This document shows, piece by piece, positions 43,472 to 51,429 of a stretch of DNA of 64,000 nucleotides. The stretch is from the IMG/VR virus record IMGVR_UViG_3300037232_000040, one strand, 5' to 3'. The position numbers were made by a program, and so were the translations under genes. Source of the DNA: a virus. Position 1 is the first letter of the stretch; each line of letters begins with the position of its first letter. The notes under the pieces are model-generated. The model ran no database searches, was not told where the DNA came from, and worked only from the letters and a program-made list of their open reading frames with translations.

Positions 43472-45574
43472 ATGGAGGTATTAAGTGCTACCGTGGGTAA
43501 GCCGCACAGCGTATTTGCAACTATTAAACAGGTAGAGCAGGCTATGCTAGAGAAGCTACATGCTAGCGCACTCAGCAGCCAAGACGCCCACCTGTTGCAG
43601 TACACACCTTTAACCAGCCAACAAGTGGCCACTGCCCACGCCACGTTGCCCGCACACCGGGCTGGGTTTGTGATTCCGTACTTTAGTATAAACGGCAAGC
43701 CTAGTAAGTTTTACCGATTTAGGTACTTGGAGTATGGCCACGACAGTGGGTTTGCTCGGCTAGTGGCTGCGCAGTTAAAACAGTTGCGCTACGGGCAGAC
43801 CGTAGGCACCATGAATGAGTTGTATCTGCCACCCTACATAGACTGGGCTGCGTACAGCAAGGATGCCAGCAAGCCGGTGCTAATTACCGAAGGGGAATTA
43901 AAGGCTGCCTGCAGCACTAAGCACGGTGTGCCCTGCATAGGTTTGGGTGGAGTGTGGTGCTTTAAGGCCGGTGCCAGTGGTGTACATTTGTTGCCACAGT
44001 TTGCCGAATTTACTTGGAAGGATCGTGTGGTGTACATAGTGTACGATAGCGACGCGGCCAGCAACCACCAAGTTGTAAAAGCTGAGAATGCGCTGGCCCG
44101 CGAGCTGTGTAATCTGGGCGCAGTACCAGCTGTAGTGCGTTTGCCCGCGCTACAGGCCGGTAGCAAGACTGGGCTGGACGACTACATTGTGGCCCTTGGT
44201 ACGGACAAATTAATGGAAGCACTATTGCTGCCAGCTGAGCCATGGCTGCGGGCAGCGGAGTTGCATCAGCTGAATGAGGAGGTGATTTACGTAGAAGAAC
44301 CCGGCCTAATACTTAAGCTGGCTAACCTGCAACGCATGGCACCCCGTGCTTTTACTGACCACGCCTACAGCACGCGCATATATCACGAGAACCAGGTTAC
44401 GGCTACAACTACAAAGATGGTGGAGAAGAGCGCCGCTAAGGAGTGGCTTAAGTGGCCCGCGCGCGCCACTGTGCACAAGGTAACGTACGCACCGGGGCAG
44501 CCTCGTGTAACTGCCAGCGGGGAGTTAAATGTGTGGAAAGGTTGGGCCGTGCAGCCTGCAGCGGGCATTGTAGCGCCATGGACGCAACTGCTGGATTACT
44601 TGTTTGTCGGGGCTAAGTCCGATGATCGCACATGGTTTGAGCAATGGCTAGCTTATCCGCTGCAGTACCCTGGTGAGAAGTTGTACAGTTGCTGCGTATT
44701 GTGGGGCAACCACCACGGCACTGGCAAAAGCGCTATAGGCTACACCATGTTTAAGATATATGGTGATAACAGCACGGAAATAGGGGACCGCGATTTGTAC
44801 AGCACCCATAATGAGTGGGCTGAGAACAAACAATTTGTCATGGGGGATGAGATAACCAGTGGCGGCGAGAACAAACGTAGTAGTGCTGACCGCATGAAGA
44901 GCATGATAACACAACGTTTGTTGCGGCTAAACCCCAAGTATATTAGTAGCTACACCGTGCCCGATTGCTTGAACTACTACTTTACCAGTAATCATCCGGA
45001 CAGTTTTTTTATTGATGACAATGATCGCCGTTATTTTGTACACGAGGTTAAGGGGCAGCCGCAGCCCCGTAGTTTTTACATTAGTTATTTTGATTGGTTG
45101 GCGCAGAATGGCGCAGCGGCGCTGTTTTATTACCTGCTTAACCTGGACATGACAGGTTTTGATCCGGCTGGCAAAGCCCCGAGTACTAGCAGCAAGTTGG
45201 ACATGATAGATAGTGGCCGTAGTGACTGCGCTAGCTGGGTAGCCATGCTAAAGGAAGAACCCGACCGTGTGTTGCAGGTGGGTGGTAAGCCGCTACACTA
45301 CCAACTATGGACTACCACGGAGCTGCATGGTATCTACGACCCACAACGCGAAACCAGGGTAACGGCCAATGGGTTGGCTAGAGAATTAAGACGTGCCGGG
45401 TTGTGTAAAGTGTTCGATGGGCAAGGTGTACCTACTACCTTGGGAGGCCGCCAGCGTTTGTGGGCCATACGCAATGCCGATAAGTTACTGCCGTTGGATA
45501 GTGGTAAGTTGGGCAAGATATACGATCAAGAAAGAGAGGCCGGTGGTGCAAGAAAAAGACAAACCAAATTCTAA
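43472..45574 (+). CDS. bifunctional primase-helicase (Toprim domain plus D5/P4-type NTPase)
   Basis: ..VLITEGELKAA.. and ..IVYDSDAASN.. (Toprim E and DxD). Walker A GNHHGTGKSAIG, Walker B ..FVMGDEI... Confidence 0.8.
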   Translation: MEVLSATVGKPHSVFATIKQVEQAMLEKLHASALSSQDAHLLQYTPLTSQQVATAHATLPAHRAGFVIPYFSINGKPSKFYRFRYLEYGHDSGFARLVAAQLKQLRYGQTVGTMNELYLPPYIDWAAYSKDASKPVLITEGELKAACSTKHGVPCIGLGGVWCFKAGASGVHLLPQFAEFTWKDRVVYIVYDSDAASNHQVVKAENALARELCNLGAVPAVVRLPALQAGSKTGLDDYIVALGTDKLMEALLLPAEPWLRAAELHQLNEEVIYVEEPGLILKLANLQRMAPRAFTDHAYSTRIYHENQVTATTTKMVEKSAAKEWLKWPARATVHKVTYAPGQPRVTASGELNVWKGWAVQPAAGIVAPWTQLLDYLFVGAKSDDRTWFEQWLAYPLQYPGEKLYSCCVLWGNHHGTGKSAIGYTMFKIYGDNSTEIGDRDLYSTHNEWAENKQFVMGDEITSGGENKRSSADRMKSMITQRLLRLNPKYISSYTVPDCLNYYFTSNHPDSFFIDDNDRRYFVHEVKGQPQPRSFYISYFDWLAQNGAAALFYYLLNLDMTGFDPAGKAPSTSSKLDMIDSGRSDCASWVAMLKEEPDRVLQVGGKPLHYQLWTTTELHGIYDPQRETRVTANGLARELRRAGLCKVFDGQGVPTTLGGRQRLWAIRNADKLLPLDSGKLGKIYDQEREAGGARKRQTKF

Positions 45575-45707
45575 ATGTTGCTACTCGTTGGTGTTTGTGT
45601 TTACCCCACAACTAGATAAGTTGGTGCTGCTTACTAACAGGATTTGGTTACGCAGTGAGGGAATTGTCGCGCTTGTGAAGATAAAGGCATTACGGCATGG
45701 TGGGTTG

Positions 45708-45929
45708 TTAAACGGGCCGGGAGGTAGGATGCATGCGTTTGAAGTCGCTCATCTTGCGCAGGTCGGCTCGCAGGCGCTTGTCAAATTCCTGCACGACCTT
45801 GTCGGGGTCTCGTTTGAGTTGCTCCGCGCGGTCCTCGGCAAGTTTGGTAACTGTGGGTTGCGTCGAACACCAGTAACGCGCCCCGTCCTGATAAAGGGAA
45901 TTATATACATGAGTCGCTAACCCTTTCAA
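45708..45929 (-). CDS. 73-aa hypothetical protein, divergent from the island promoter
   Basis: Only the last 73 codons of the 607-aa track ORF lie outside + strand genes. TTG start, host-like codon usage. Confidence 0.3.
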   Translation of the reverse strand: MKGLATHVYNSLYQDGARYWCSTQPTVTKLAEDRAEQLKRDPDKVVQEFDKRLRADLRKMSDFKRMHPTSRPV

Positions 45930-45948
45930 AATAAAGCGAATAAAGTTC

Positions 45949-45977
45949 TTGACAAAATGCAGCGAGTTATCTACTAT
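45949..45977 (+). promoter_or_regulatory. sigma-70-like promoter
   Basis: TTGACA (45949-45954), 17-nt spacer, TACTAT (45972-45977). About 40 nt upstream of ATG 46017, which has an AGGAG RBS. Confidence 0.45.
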
Positions 45978-46016
45978 AAAGACAGTTAAGCGGCATCCAG
46001 CCGCAGGAGAAATCAG

Positions 46017-46607
46017 ATGACAGCCACTCACACGACCCCGACCGGAAGCACCATCACGGTAGAGGGGAGCAAGCTCACAATCATCACCGCCGCCGGAAAG
46101 ACCATCAACCTCAAATTGCAGCGCACCACCAAGCGGCTCGACAACAAGGCCGGATACCGAGTGATAGGCGATAACGTCTCGGTGCCTGACATCACAGCCG
46201 ACTGGGTTGATGCTCAAGTCGCCGCATCCGAGCAGGCCGCGCAAGATGCTCTGGAGGCCGCCGTCCCTGGCATCCAAGAAATGATTCGCTTGAGCGATGC
46301 CGCTTACAACGAGCGCGAGCGCTACAGCCGCGAATTTAACCGCATGATGGACGACGAGTCGAATGACGGATGCCGCCCGCCGAAAGTCGAGAATAAGAGC
46401 TTTGCAGAGCAACTGGCTGCCATGATCGCCGCCAATCCCCGCGCTGCCCTGTACCTTAAGGCCAAACAGCAAGATGAGAGTGCGCACTGGGCCGATAACA
46501 CTGGCAAAGGGTCGGCTGGTCGGAAAGCTATGGACATCCTTGCGGCTGGCGGATCGATTGCCGACGCGGAAGCGGCGATTGCTGTACGTCGCGAATTTAT
46601 CGACTAA
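46017..46607 (+). CDS. hypothetical protein, 196 aa
   Basis: CAGGAGA RBS. First gene behind the promoter. No domain recognised. Confidence 0.55.
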   Translation: MTATHTTPTGSTITVEGSKLTIITAAGKTINLKLQRTTKRLDNKAGYRVIGDNVSVPDITADWVDAQVAASEQAAQDALEAAVPGIQEMIRLSDAAYNERERYSREFNRMMDDESNDGCRPPKVENKSFAEQLAAMIAANPRAALYLKAKQQDESAHWADNTGKGSAGRKAMDILAAGGSIADAEAAIAVRREFID

Positions 46608-46634
46608 CTCACAATCACTGAGAGGAGCCCTAAA

Positions 46635-46877
46635 ATGAGAGCCACTGTAATCATCGACAAAAGAGCCAACCATTACGTCGCGACCGTGAGCGGCAAATTC
46701 GGGGGCGGATTTATGGGAGCGCACGTCGGAACCACCCCAGAGCAGGCTGCCGGATTCGCAGCAAGGCAAATGGTCAGATATGCTTGTAGCAATAGCGAGG
46801 GCGGCGATCTGGTTGCGCCCGCCGAAGTGCTGCAACTTGTCCCGGATAATTTGCGATCTGTGCCAGCGCGAACTTGA
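46635..46877 (+). CDS. hypothetical protein, 80 aa (faint HicB/UPF0150-like N-terminal pattern)
   Basis: GAGAGGAG RBS. MRATVIIDKRANHYVATVSG...GTTPEQAAGFA loosely fits the HicB-fold pattern. Weak. Confidence 0.45.
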   Translation: MRATVIIDKRANHYVATVSGKFGGGFMGAHVGTTPEQAAGFAARQMVRYACSNSEGGDLVAPAEVLQLVPDNLRSVPART

Positions 46878-46928
46878 TCTCCACCACAGCCCACTCCGGG
46901 CTTGAGGAGCGTCGGGGCTGGAACCTCG

Positions 46929-46948
46929 GGCCGGTACGTAACCCGGCA
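46929..46948 (+). repeat. conserved 20-nt leader element, copy 1 (copy 2 at 52601-52620)
   Basis: GGCCGGTACGTAACCCGGCA against GGCCGGTACGGAACCCGGCA. Contains a GCCGG/CCGGC stem. Lies 10-13 nt upstream of both IS1595-like ATGs. Confidence 0.85.
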
Positions 46949-46958
46949 TGGAGTCTTT

Positions 46959-47333
46959 ATGAGCAAGAGCACGATCAGTACCTTCCAGCTTTTCGAGATG
47001 TTCCCGACGCCTGAGTCGGCACGGTTGTACCTCGAATCGCGCATCTGGCCCGATGGTCCGTTCTGCCCTGAGTGCAAGAGCCGTGAGCGCATCGGTAAGC
47101 AGCCCAAAGTTGGCTTCTATCGCTGCAACGCCTGTAAGCTCGATTTTACGATTCGTACTGGCACCATCTTCGAGCGGTCGCACATCCCGCTTCACAAATG
47201 GCTTTACGCCATGTATCTGCTCGTCACTGCTCGCAAGGGTATTTCCTCTCTGCAACTTGGAAAGGAAATTGGAGTTACACAGAAATCCGCGTGGTTTATG
47301 CTGCAACGGCTCCGCGAGGCTAGAAACGGGTGA
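46959..47333 (+). CDS. IS1595-type transposase N-terminal zinc-ribbon/HTH domain protein lacking the DDE domain
   Basis: MSKSTISTFQLFEMFPTPESARLYLE..RIWPDGPFCPECKS..YRCNACKLDFTIRTGTIFERSHIPLHKWLYAMYLL..KGISS.QL. Ends at aa 124, where the DDE domain would begin. Confidence 0.75.
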   Translation: MSKSTISTFQLFEMFPTPESARLYLESRIWPDGPFCPECKSRERIGKQPKVGFYRCNACKLDFTIRTGTIFERSHIPLHKWLYAMYLLVTARKGISSLQLGKEIGVTQKSAWFMLQRLREARNG

Positions 47334-47397
47334 GACCATGTTGCAGTGTGCCGCGCGTGAGTTTTTCGGGCGCGCTCCGGATGGTGTCAAAGCCCAA

Positions 47398-47432
47398 GAG
47401 CCGGAAGATGAGGAGTCCTGATATGAAACCGA
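47398..47432 (+). repeat. 35-nt exact repeat, copy 2
   Basis: Identical to 612-646. Spans the stop of a 27-codon ORF (47338..47421, ..QEPEDEES) and ATG 47423. Confidence 0.95.
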
Positions 47433-48223
47433 CATTCTTTGACCGCAAAGCAGTTGTCTACAAGCTGACCGATGCCAACTCCCAGACCTACGACAAAACT
47501 CAATGGGGCGAAGGCGTGACCCACAGGACAAACGGAACCGATGAGCTGTGCGGGCCGGGATGGTTACATGCTTATACCCATCCGTTGCTTGCGGTTTTCC
47601 TCAATCCGATACATGCGAATTTTGTCAATCCGATTTTGTGGGAAGCGGAGGCCGACGGGAAAACTCTTTCCGATAAAGGACTAAAAGTCGGCTACTCCGA
47701 GATCACCACAATACGCCAAATCCCGTTACCCGTTGTAACCACTTTCCATCGAATCCGCTTTGCTATACTTTGCGCCCAATCCGTGTATAAAAACTCGGAT
47801 TGGCTTGCTTGGGCCGACAACTGGCTATCCGGTAAGGACCGCTCGGCGGAGGCGGCGGCGGCGGCGGAGGCGGAGGCGCGGGCGGCGTGGGCGGCGGAGG
47901 CGCGGGCGGCGTGGGCGGCGAAGTGGGCACCGGGGGCGGCGTGGGCGGAGGCGCGGGCGGCGTGGGCGGCGAAGTGGGCACCGGGGGCGGCGTGGGCGGA
48001 GGCGCGGGCGGCGTGGGCGGCGAAGTGGGCACCGGGGGCGGCGGCGTGGGCGGCGTGGGCGGCGGGGGCGAAGTGGGCGGCGGAGGCGGCGGGGGCGGCG
48101 GCGCGGGCGGCGGAGTGGGCGGCGGAGGCGGATATAGACCTTATCGCAATCGCACAGCAGGTCGGCGAATTCGATACTGACGTTCCGAAGGTCATTTGCG
48201 ACAATTTTGCTGGCAGATATTGA
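47423..48223 (+). CDS. DUF7666-like N-domain protein with an Ala/Trp tandem-repeat region
   Basis: ATG 47423 is in frame with track ORF 47330..48223. ..YKLTDANSQTYDKTQWGEG...LCGPGWLHAYTHPL.. fits the DUF7666 pattern as remembered, followed by AAWAEARAAWAAKWAPG repeats. Confidence 0.55.
   Translation: MKPTFFDRKAVVYKLTDANSQTYDKTQWGEGVTHRTNGTDELCGPGWLHAYTHPLLAVFLNPIHANFVNPILWEAEADGKTLSDKGLKVGYSEITTIRQIPLPVVTTFHRIRFAILCAQSVYKNSDWLAWADNWLSGKDRSAEAAAAAEAEARAAWAAEARAAWAAKWAPGAAWAEARAAWAAKWAPGAAWAEARAAWAAKWAPGAAAWAAWAAGAKWAAEAAGAAARAAEWAAEADIDLIAIAQQVGEFDTDVPKVICDNFAGRY
47845..48130 (+). repeat. GC-rich tandem repeat, 51-nt period (perfect units 47936-47986 and 47987-48037) with degenerate flanks
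   Basis: Read directly. It generates long spurious ORFs in several other frames on both strands. Confidence 0.85.
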
Positions 48224-48283
48224 GCAAGCATACCAACAGCTTGACGTTATTGTTGAGCGTATTAAACGGAGGGTACAAATCTC

Positions 48284-48487
48284 ATGAGTGTTATTGCAAC
48301 CTGTATACATTGCAGTAGCGTGCTTACTATTGTCCCGCTTGGTCCGGCTACTGGTGGTTTGCTGCGGCGTGCCTTTGCTGCTACATGCGGCACCTGTCAA
48401 TCGGGGTACACCATTGAGATACAGCAGAGAGTGGCCAGCCCACTAACCGCTGCAAGGCTAAGCGAAGTAAAGAACAGGAACCACTAA
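48284..48487 (+). CDS. zinc-ribbon protein, 67 aa
   Basis: GGAGGG upstream. CIHC ... CGTC. Confidence 0.4.
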   Translation: MSVIATCIHCSSVLTIVPLGPATGGLLRRAFAATCGTCQSGYTIEIQQRVASPLTAARLSEVKNRNH

Positions 48488-48539
48488 CCATGCTAACTAA
48501 CATTGAGATGCAGCTTGGTAAGAATGGGAGGTTGCTAAA

Positions 48540-48944
48540 ATGAAGATTCCTCGTACAACCGTGCCCCGGCCTACCAGGGTTAAGCCGCGTTGCGTCACAT
48601 ACTACGAGCTGTTGGCCGCGCCACCGGGCAGCACCGTAGAGGAGCTACACATCAGTTTTAAGCGCTTGGTTGTGCTGTGGCACCCCGACAAGGCTACAGG
48701 CAACACGGCAGTGTACCAACGTATAACACAAGCATGGGGTGTGCTTAAGAACTCGCAACTGCGTAGGGAGTACGATGCCCGGCTAACCCTGCAGGGTAGT
48801 CAATGTATGTATTGCCAAGGCAAAGGGCTGCGCAGTATGCAGCAGAGCCTTACGGTGCGTCTGCAGCACATGTGCGATAAATGCAACGGCACTGGGCAGG
48901 CCGACGGTGGGCTGCTCGCTAACGAAGTGTGGGAGTGTGTGTAA
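48540..48944 (+). CDS. J-domain protein with DnaJ-type CxxCxGxG zinc motifs
   Basis: GGGAGG RBS. ..YYELL..VEELHISFKRLVVLWHPDK..YQRITQAWGVLKNSQLRREYD.. then CMYCQGKG and CDKCNGTG. Confidence 0.75.
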   Translation: MKIPRTTVPRPTRVKPRCVTYYELLAAPPGSTVEELHISFKRLVVLWHPDKATGNTAVYQRITQAWGVLKNSQLRREYDARLTLQGSQCMYCQGKGLRSMQQSLTVRLQHMCDKCNGTGQADGGLLANEVWECV

Positions 48945-49003
48945 GTGAAAAAAACCTGGGCAATCTCCAACAGCAAGTTGGAGAACTGGCAGGGTTGGAA
49001 ATA

Positions 49004-49300
49004 ATGGCTTTCAAGGTTTACACGGTGGCGCACCCGGTGCAGCGTGTGCTTAATAAGGAAAACAAGTTGTGGTGCTACGCTTGCCGCCGTAGCAAGCACC
49101 AACAGTGTGCTGGTAGGCGCAGGCTGGGCCATGGGCAGTGGGCCGTGGGGCGCGAAAGTAGGAGCATAGATGCCAGCAATCAAGCTCCGTGGGACGTTGT
49201 GGCGGACAACCACATTAAAGCAAGTAACTGCAAACGCTGCCCGCGGTGCGGTTTGTATGTGGGCACTGACGGAGAATGTCGCAGTGTGTATTGTGCCTGA
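49004..49300 (+). CDS. Cys-rich hypothetical protein, 98 aa
   Basis: Internal ATG of track ORF 48929..49300. CYAC and CKRCPRC motifs. Confidence 0.35.
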   Translation: MAFKVYTVAHPVQRVLNKENKLWCYACRRSKHQQCAGRRRLGHGQWAVGRESRSIDASNQAPWDVVADNHIKASNCKRCPRCGLYVGTDGECRSVYCA

Positions 49301-49363
49301 CAACCTGACTAAACCGTGCACTTGCACGTGTGTGCTATAATGCGTGGAAGGAGTTACCTGATT

Positions 49364-49837
49364 GTGAAGCATCGTAAACAAACTGTGGTAAAGGGGGTTG
49401 AGATAGTTCCGCAGGGCGCGATACTGCGTCAGCACTTCTTCCGTGACTGCAGCCCGGTAGCTGTAAGCGATCTGGTGTTGTGCATGGCCACTGGCACAGT
49501 AATGGATGTAGCGCGTATACATGTGGACTTGTTGCCCGCCGTGGTGTTGCTGGCCACCATAGGTCTGCGTGCGTACCACCAGCAGATTATTAACGACTAT
49601 ACTGAGCTACTGCAGCGCATGGTGGATGTAAGCCGTGAACATGATTTTACGCACCGTACGTTTTATCACCCCCAGCTGCACTTGGCTTTTGCTATTTGTG
49701 ACCGTGGGCCAAGCGGTGAGTTCGTGCTGGACACAGTGCCGGAAGCTAGCTACATGTTCCAAGTGTACGAGGAGCTTATCAATGCCACATCTGAGGAATT
49801 GTTCAAAGGAACTAAGGGAAAAATCATCGCCGACTAA
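49364..49837 (+). CDS. hypothetical protein (start GTG 49364 or ATG 49340)
   Basis: AAGGAG 10 nt upstream of GTG 49364. An extended -10-like TGCTATAAT lies at 49333-49341. The antisense 259-aa ORF looks non-coding. Confidence 0.35.
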   Translation: MKHRKQTVVKGVEIVPQGAILRQHFFRDCSPVAVSDLVLCMATGTVMDVARIHVDLLPAVVLLATIGLRAYHQQIINDYTELLQRMVDVSREHDFTHRTFYHPQLHLAFAICDRGPSGEFVLDTVPEASYMFQVYEELINATSEELFKGTKGKIIAD

Positions 49838-49978
49838 GCTGCGCCGTTTTGCTAATGATCGTAAGCGCAGTGTCGGGCGCAGGCGCTACAGTTTGTTTCT
49901 AAAAATGGCCCGTAGACTTAAACGTGTAGGTCGCTGGGCCACATACAGCAATAAACAGAATAGCCAAAACCAAGGAGA

Positions 49979-50215
49979 ATGTCAGTGAAAATTGCGCATT
50001 ACGTTCTGTTGTACGTTCTGATTATCTTGCTGTTCTACAGCAGCTACCAGGAGCATGCACACCTCACCGCCTCCGAGAACCAGACCATGGAAGCGCTCAG
50101 GGCCACCCGTAACCTGCACGATTCGTTCAAGATGCTGGAAGCGGCAAACGCTCAGAACTATCAAACGGCGCGGGGTTGTGTGGCGACTTTGCGGAGTATG
50201 ACGGCTGGGCGATAA
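49979..50215 (+). CDS. small membrane protein
   Basis: AAGGAG precedes ATG 49979 / GTG 49985. IAHYVLLYVLIILLFYSSY helix. Starts the host-like dialect block. Confidence 0.4.
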   Translation: MSVKIAHYVLLYVLIILLFYSSYQEHAHLTASENQTMEALRATRNLHDSFKMLEAANAQNYQTARGCVATLRSMTAGR

Positions 50216-50364
50216 TGAACTGGAGCGCCCCGGAGAAGCGTGGTCAGGATTTCACGCGAATTGCTGGCAGCCAAACCGGGGTGAAAACCGTAGGCCACGC
50301 CAACGCGCCGGGATTTGGAAACACGGCTGTTGTAGCGCCTCCGGCATCGGCGCCAGCAGCTTAA
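50215..50364 (+). CDS. 49-aa hypothetical protein
   Basis: TAATG coupling to the upstream gene. In frame with track ORF 50176..50364. Confidence 0.25.
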   Translation: MNWSAPEKRGQDFTRIAGSQTGVKTVGHANAPGFGNTAVVAPPASAPAA

Positions 50365-50413
50365 CCGGGCGGGCTTCCGTGGAAGCGGAGGCCCAACCAA
50401 GTTCGTGCGAAAC

Positions 50414-50680
50414 ATGAAAAAAGATACGGCAAGACAGAGGGTTCGTGACGCCGTTAGGTATGGAAAGATCGCGAAGCCGGAAAAGTGTTCGGTTTGCGGA
50501 GCCATAACAGAGCCATCGAAACTACACGGGCACCATCACAAGGGTTATGAAAACCCCCTAGACGTGCAGTGGGTATGCGTACATTGTCACAACGTCAAAG
50601 ATCGGGAGTCCATTGTAGCCAATGGATTCCGAATGAGGTCAAACCTGATTCCCGGAGCTAGTCACCTAGTGAAGGGATAG
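50414..50680 (+). CDS. small HNH-like zinc-binding protein
   Basis: ..KPEKCSVCG...HGHHHKGYENPLDVQWVCVHCH.. is a motif I recall from small phage HNH-like proteins. Confidence 0.45.
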   Translation: MKKDTARQRVRDAVRYGKIAKPEKCSVCGAITEPSKLHGHHHKGYENPLDVQWVCVHCHNVKDRESIVANGFRMRSNLIPGASHLVKG

Positions 50681-50865
50681 GGATTGATAATCGTGCGCGC
50701 GGCGTGGAAGGGACACGCAATAAAAGTGTTGAGGTCGGGGCCGAAAGGTTCAGGGGTTAAGGCCGCCGTTTCATCGAGCACCTTTGGCGGGGTTCCGCTA
50801 TACCCTAACCGACTGGAGCCGGTATCAAGCCCGGCCCGCACGATTCAACCAAGTGGAGTGATATA

Positions 50866-51387
50866 ATGGCTGAACATCACGTTCGTATTCGAGGTACGAA
50901 GATGACCCGCAAACGCTCTGTAAAGCGTCATGCAGTTGTTCAGCCACGCGATAACTCTATCCAACTCAGCTTGCTTCCGCAAGCCCCGCTCCCGTCATCC
51001 AAATTCTGGTATAGACGTAGCAAGGCGCAAGGTTTATGTGGATGCGGCAAAGAGCTTCCCATTGGTAAGGGCGCACAATGCGCGCAGTGTCGTAGGCGAG
51101 GCCGGGAGTATTGCGCCCGCCTGAGAAAGGAAACCGTTTCGGCCTATGGCGGCAGGTGTCAATGTCCTGGAGGGTGCGACGTTGATATTGCGGAGTTCCT
51201 ATCTATAGATCACATCTTTAACGACGGGAAAGCACACAGGAAGAAAATTGGAATGAGCACGGCTATCTATCGTTGGTTGAAGCGTGAGGGATGGCCGAAG
51301 GATCGCTTCCGGTTGCTCTGCTACAACTGCAACTTTGCAAGGGCTAAGTACAAAGTTTGCCCGCATGAATCGACGGTAGCAAAGTGA
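50866..51387 (+). CDS. HNH endonuclease
   Basis: GGAG RBS. ..AYGGRCQCPGGC...LSIDHIFNDGKAH...LLCYNCNFAR... Confidence 0.7.
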   Translation: MAEHHVRIRGTKMTRKRSVKRHAVVQPRDNSIQLSLLPQAPLPSSKFWYRRSKAQGLCGCGKELPIGKGAQCAQCRRRGREYCARLRKETVSAYGGRCQCPGGCDVDIAEFLSIDHIFNDGKAHRKKIGMSTAIYRWLKREGWPKDRFRLLCYNCNFARAKYKVCPHESTVAK

Positions 51388-51429
51388 ACTCAACACAGCG
51401 GGCGGAGGCCGAACCATAGGAGGGAAAGC

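Noticed and set aside
45708-47531. 607-aa minus-strand ORF, the longest unexplained ORF in the track
   Set aside because: It is antisense to four + strand genes that have RBSs, one of which has a clear IS1595 zinc-ribbon domain. Its product is Arg/Ser/Gly-rich low complexity typical of antisense frames in GC-rich DNA. Only its last 73 codons (45708..45929) lie outside + strand genes, and these are kept as a low-confidence CDS.
47760-48400. Arg-rich, Pro-rich and Gly-rich ORFs on both strands over the 51-nt repeat
   Set aside because: They are alternative frames of a GC-rich tandem repeat. Only the Ala/Trp frame is continuous with a non-repetitive N-domain and a proper start.
48800-49579. 259-aa minus-strand ORF
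   Set aside because: Its product is His/Thr/Ala-rich with no motifs, and it opposes + strand ORFs that fit the surrounding co-oriented operon. Confidence in the + strand calls here is nevertheless only modest.
50740-50830. tRNA or tRNA-like element in the HNH spacer; the whole window was also scanned for GGTTCGAA-type T-arms
   Set aside because: I could not build an acceptor stem or a cloverleaf of the correct length. No convincing T-loop consensus was seen. A proper tRNA scan is still advisable.
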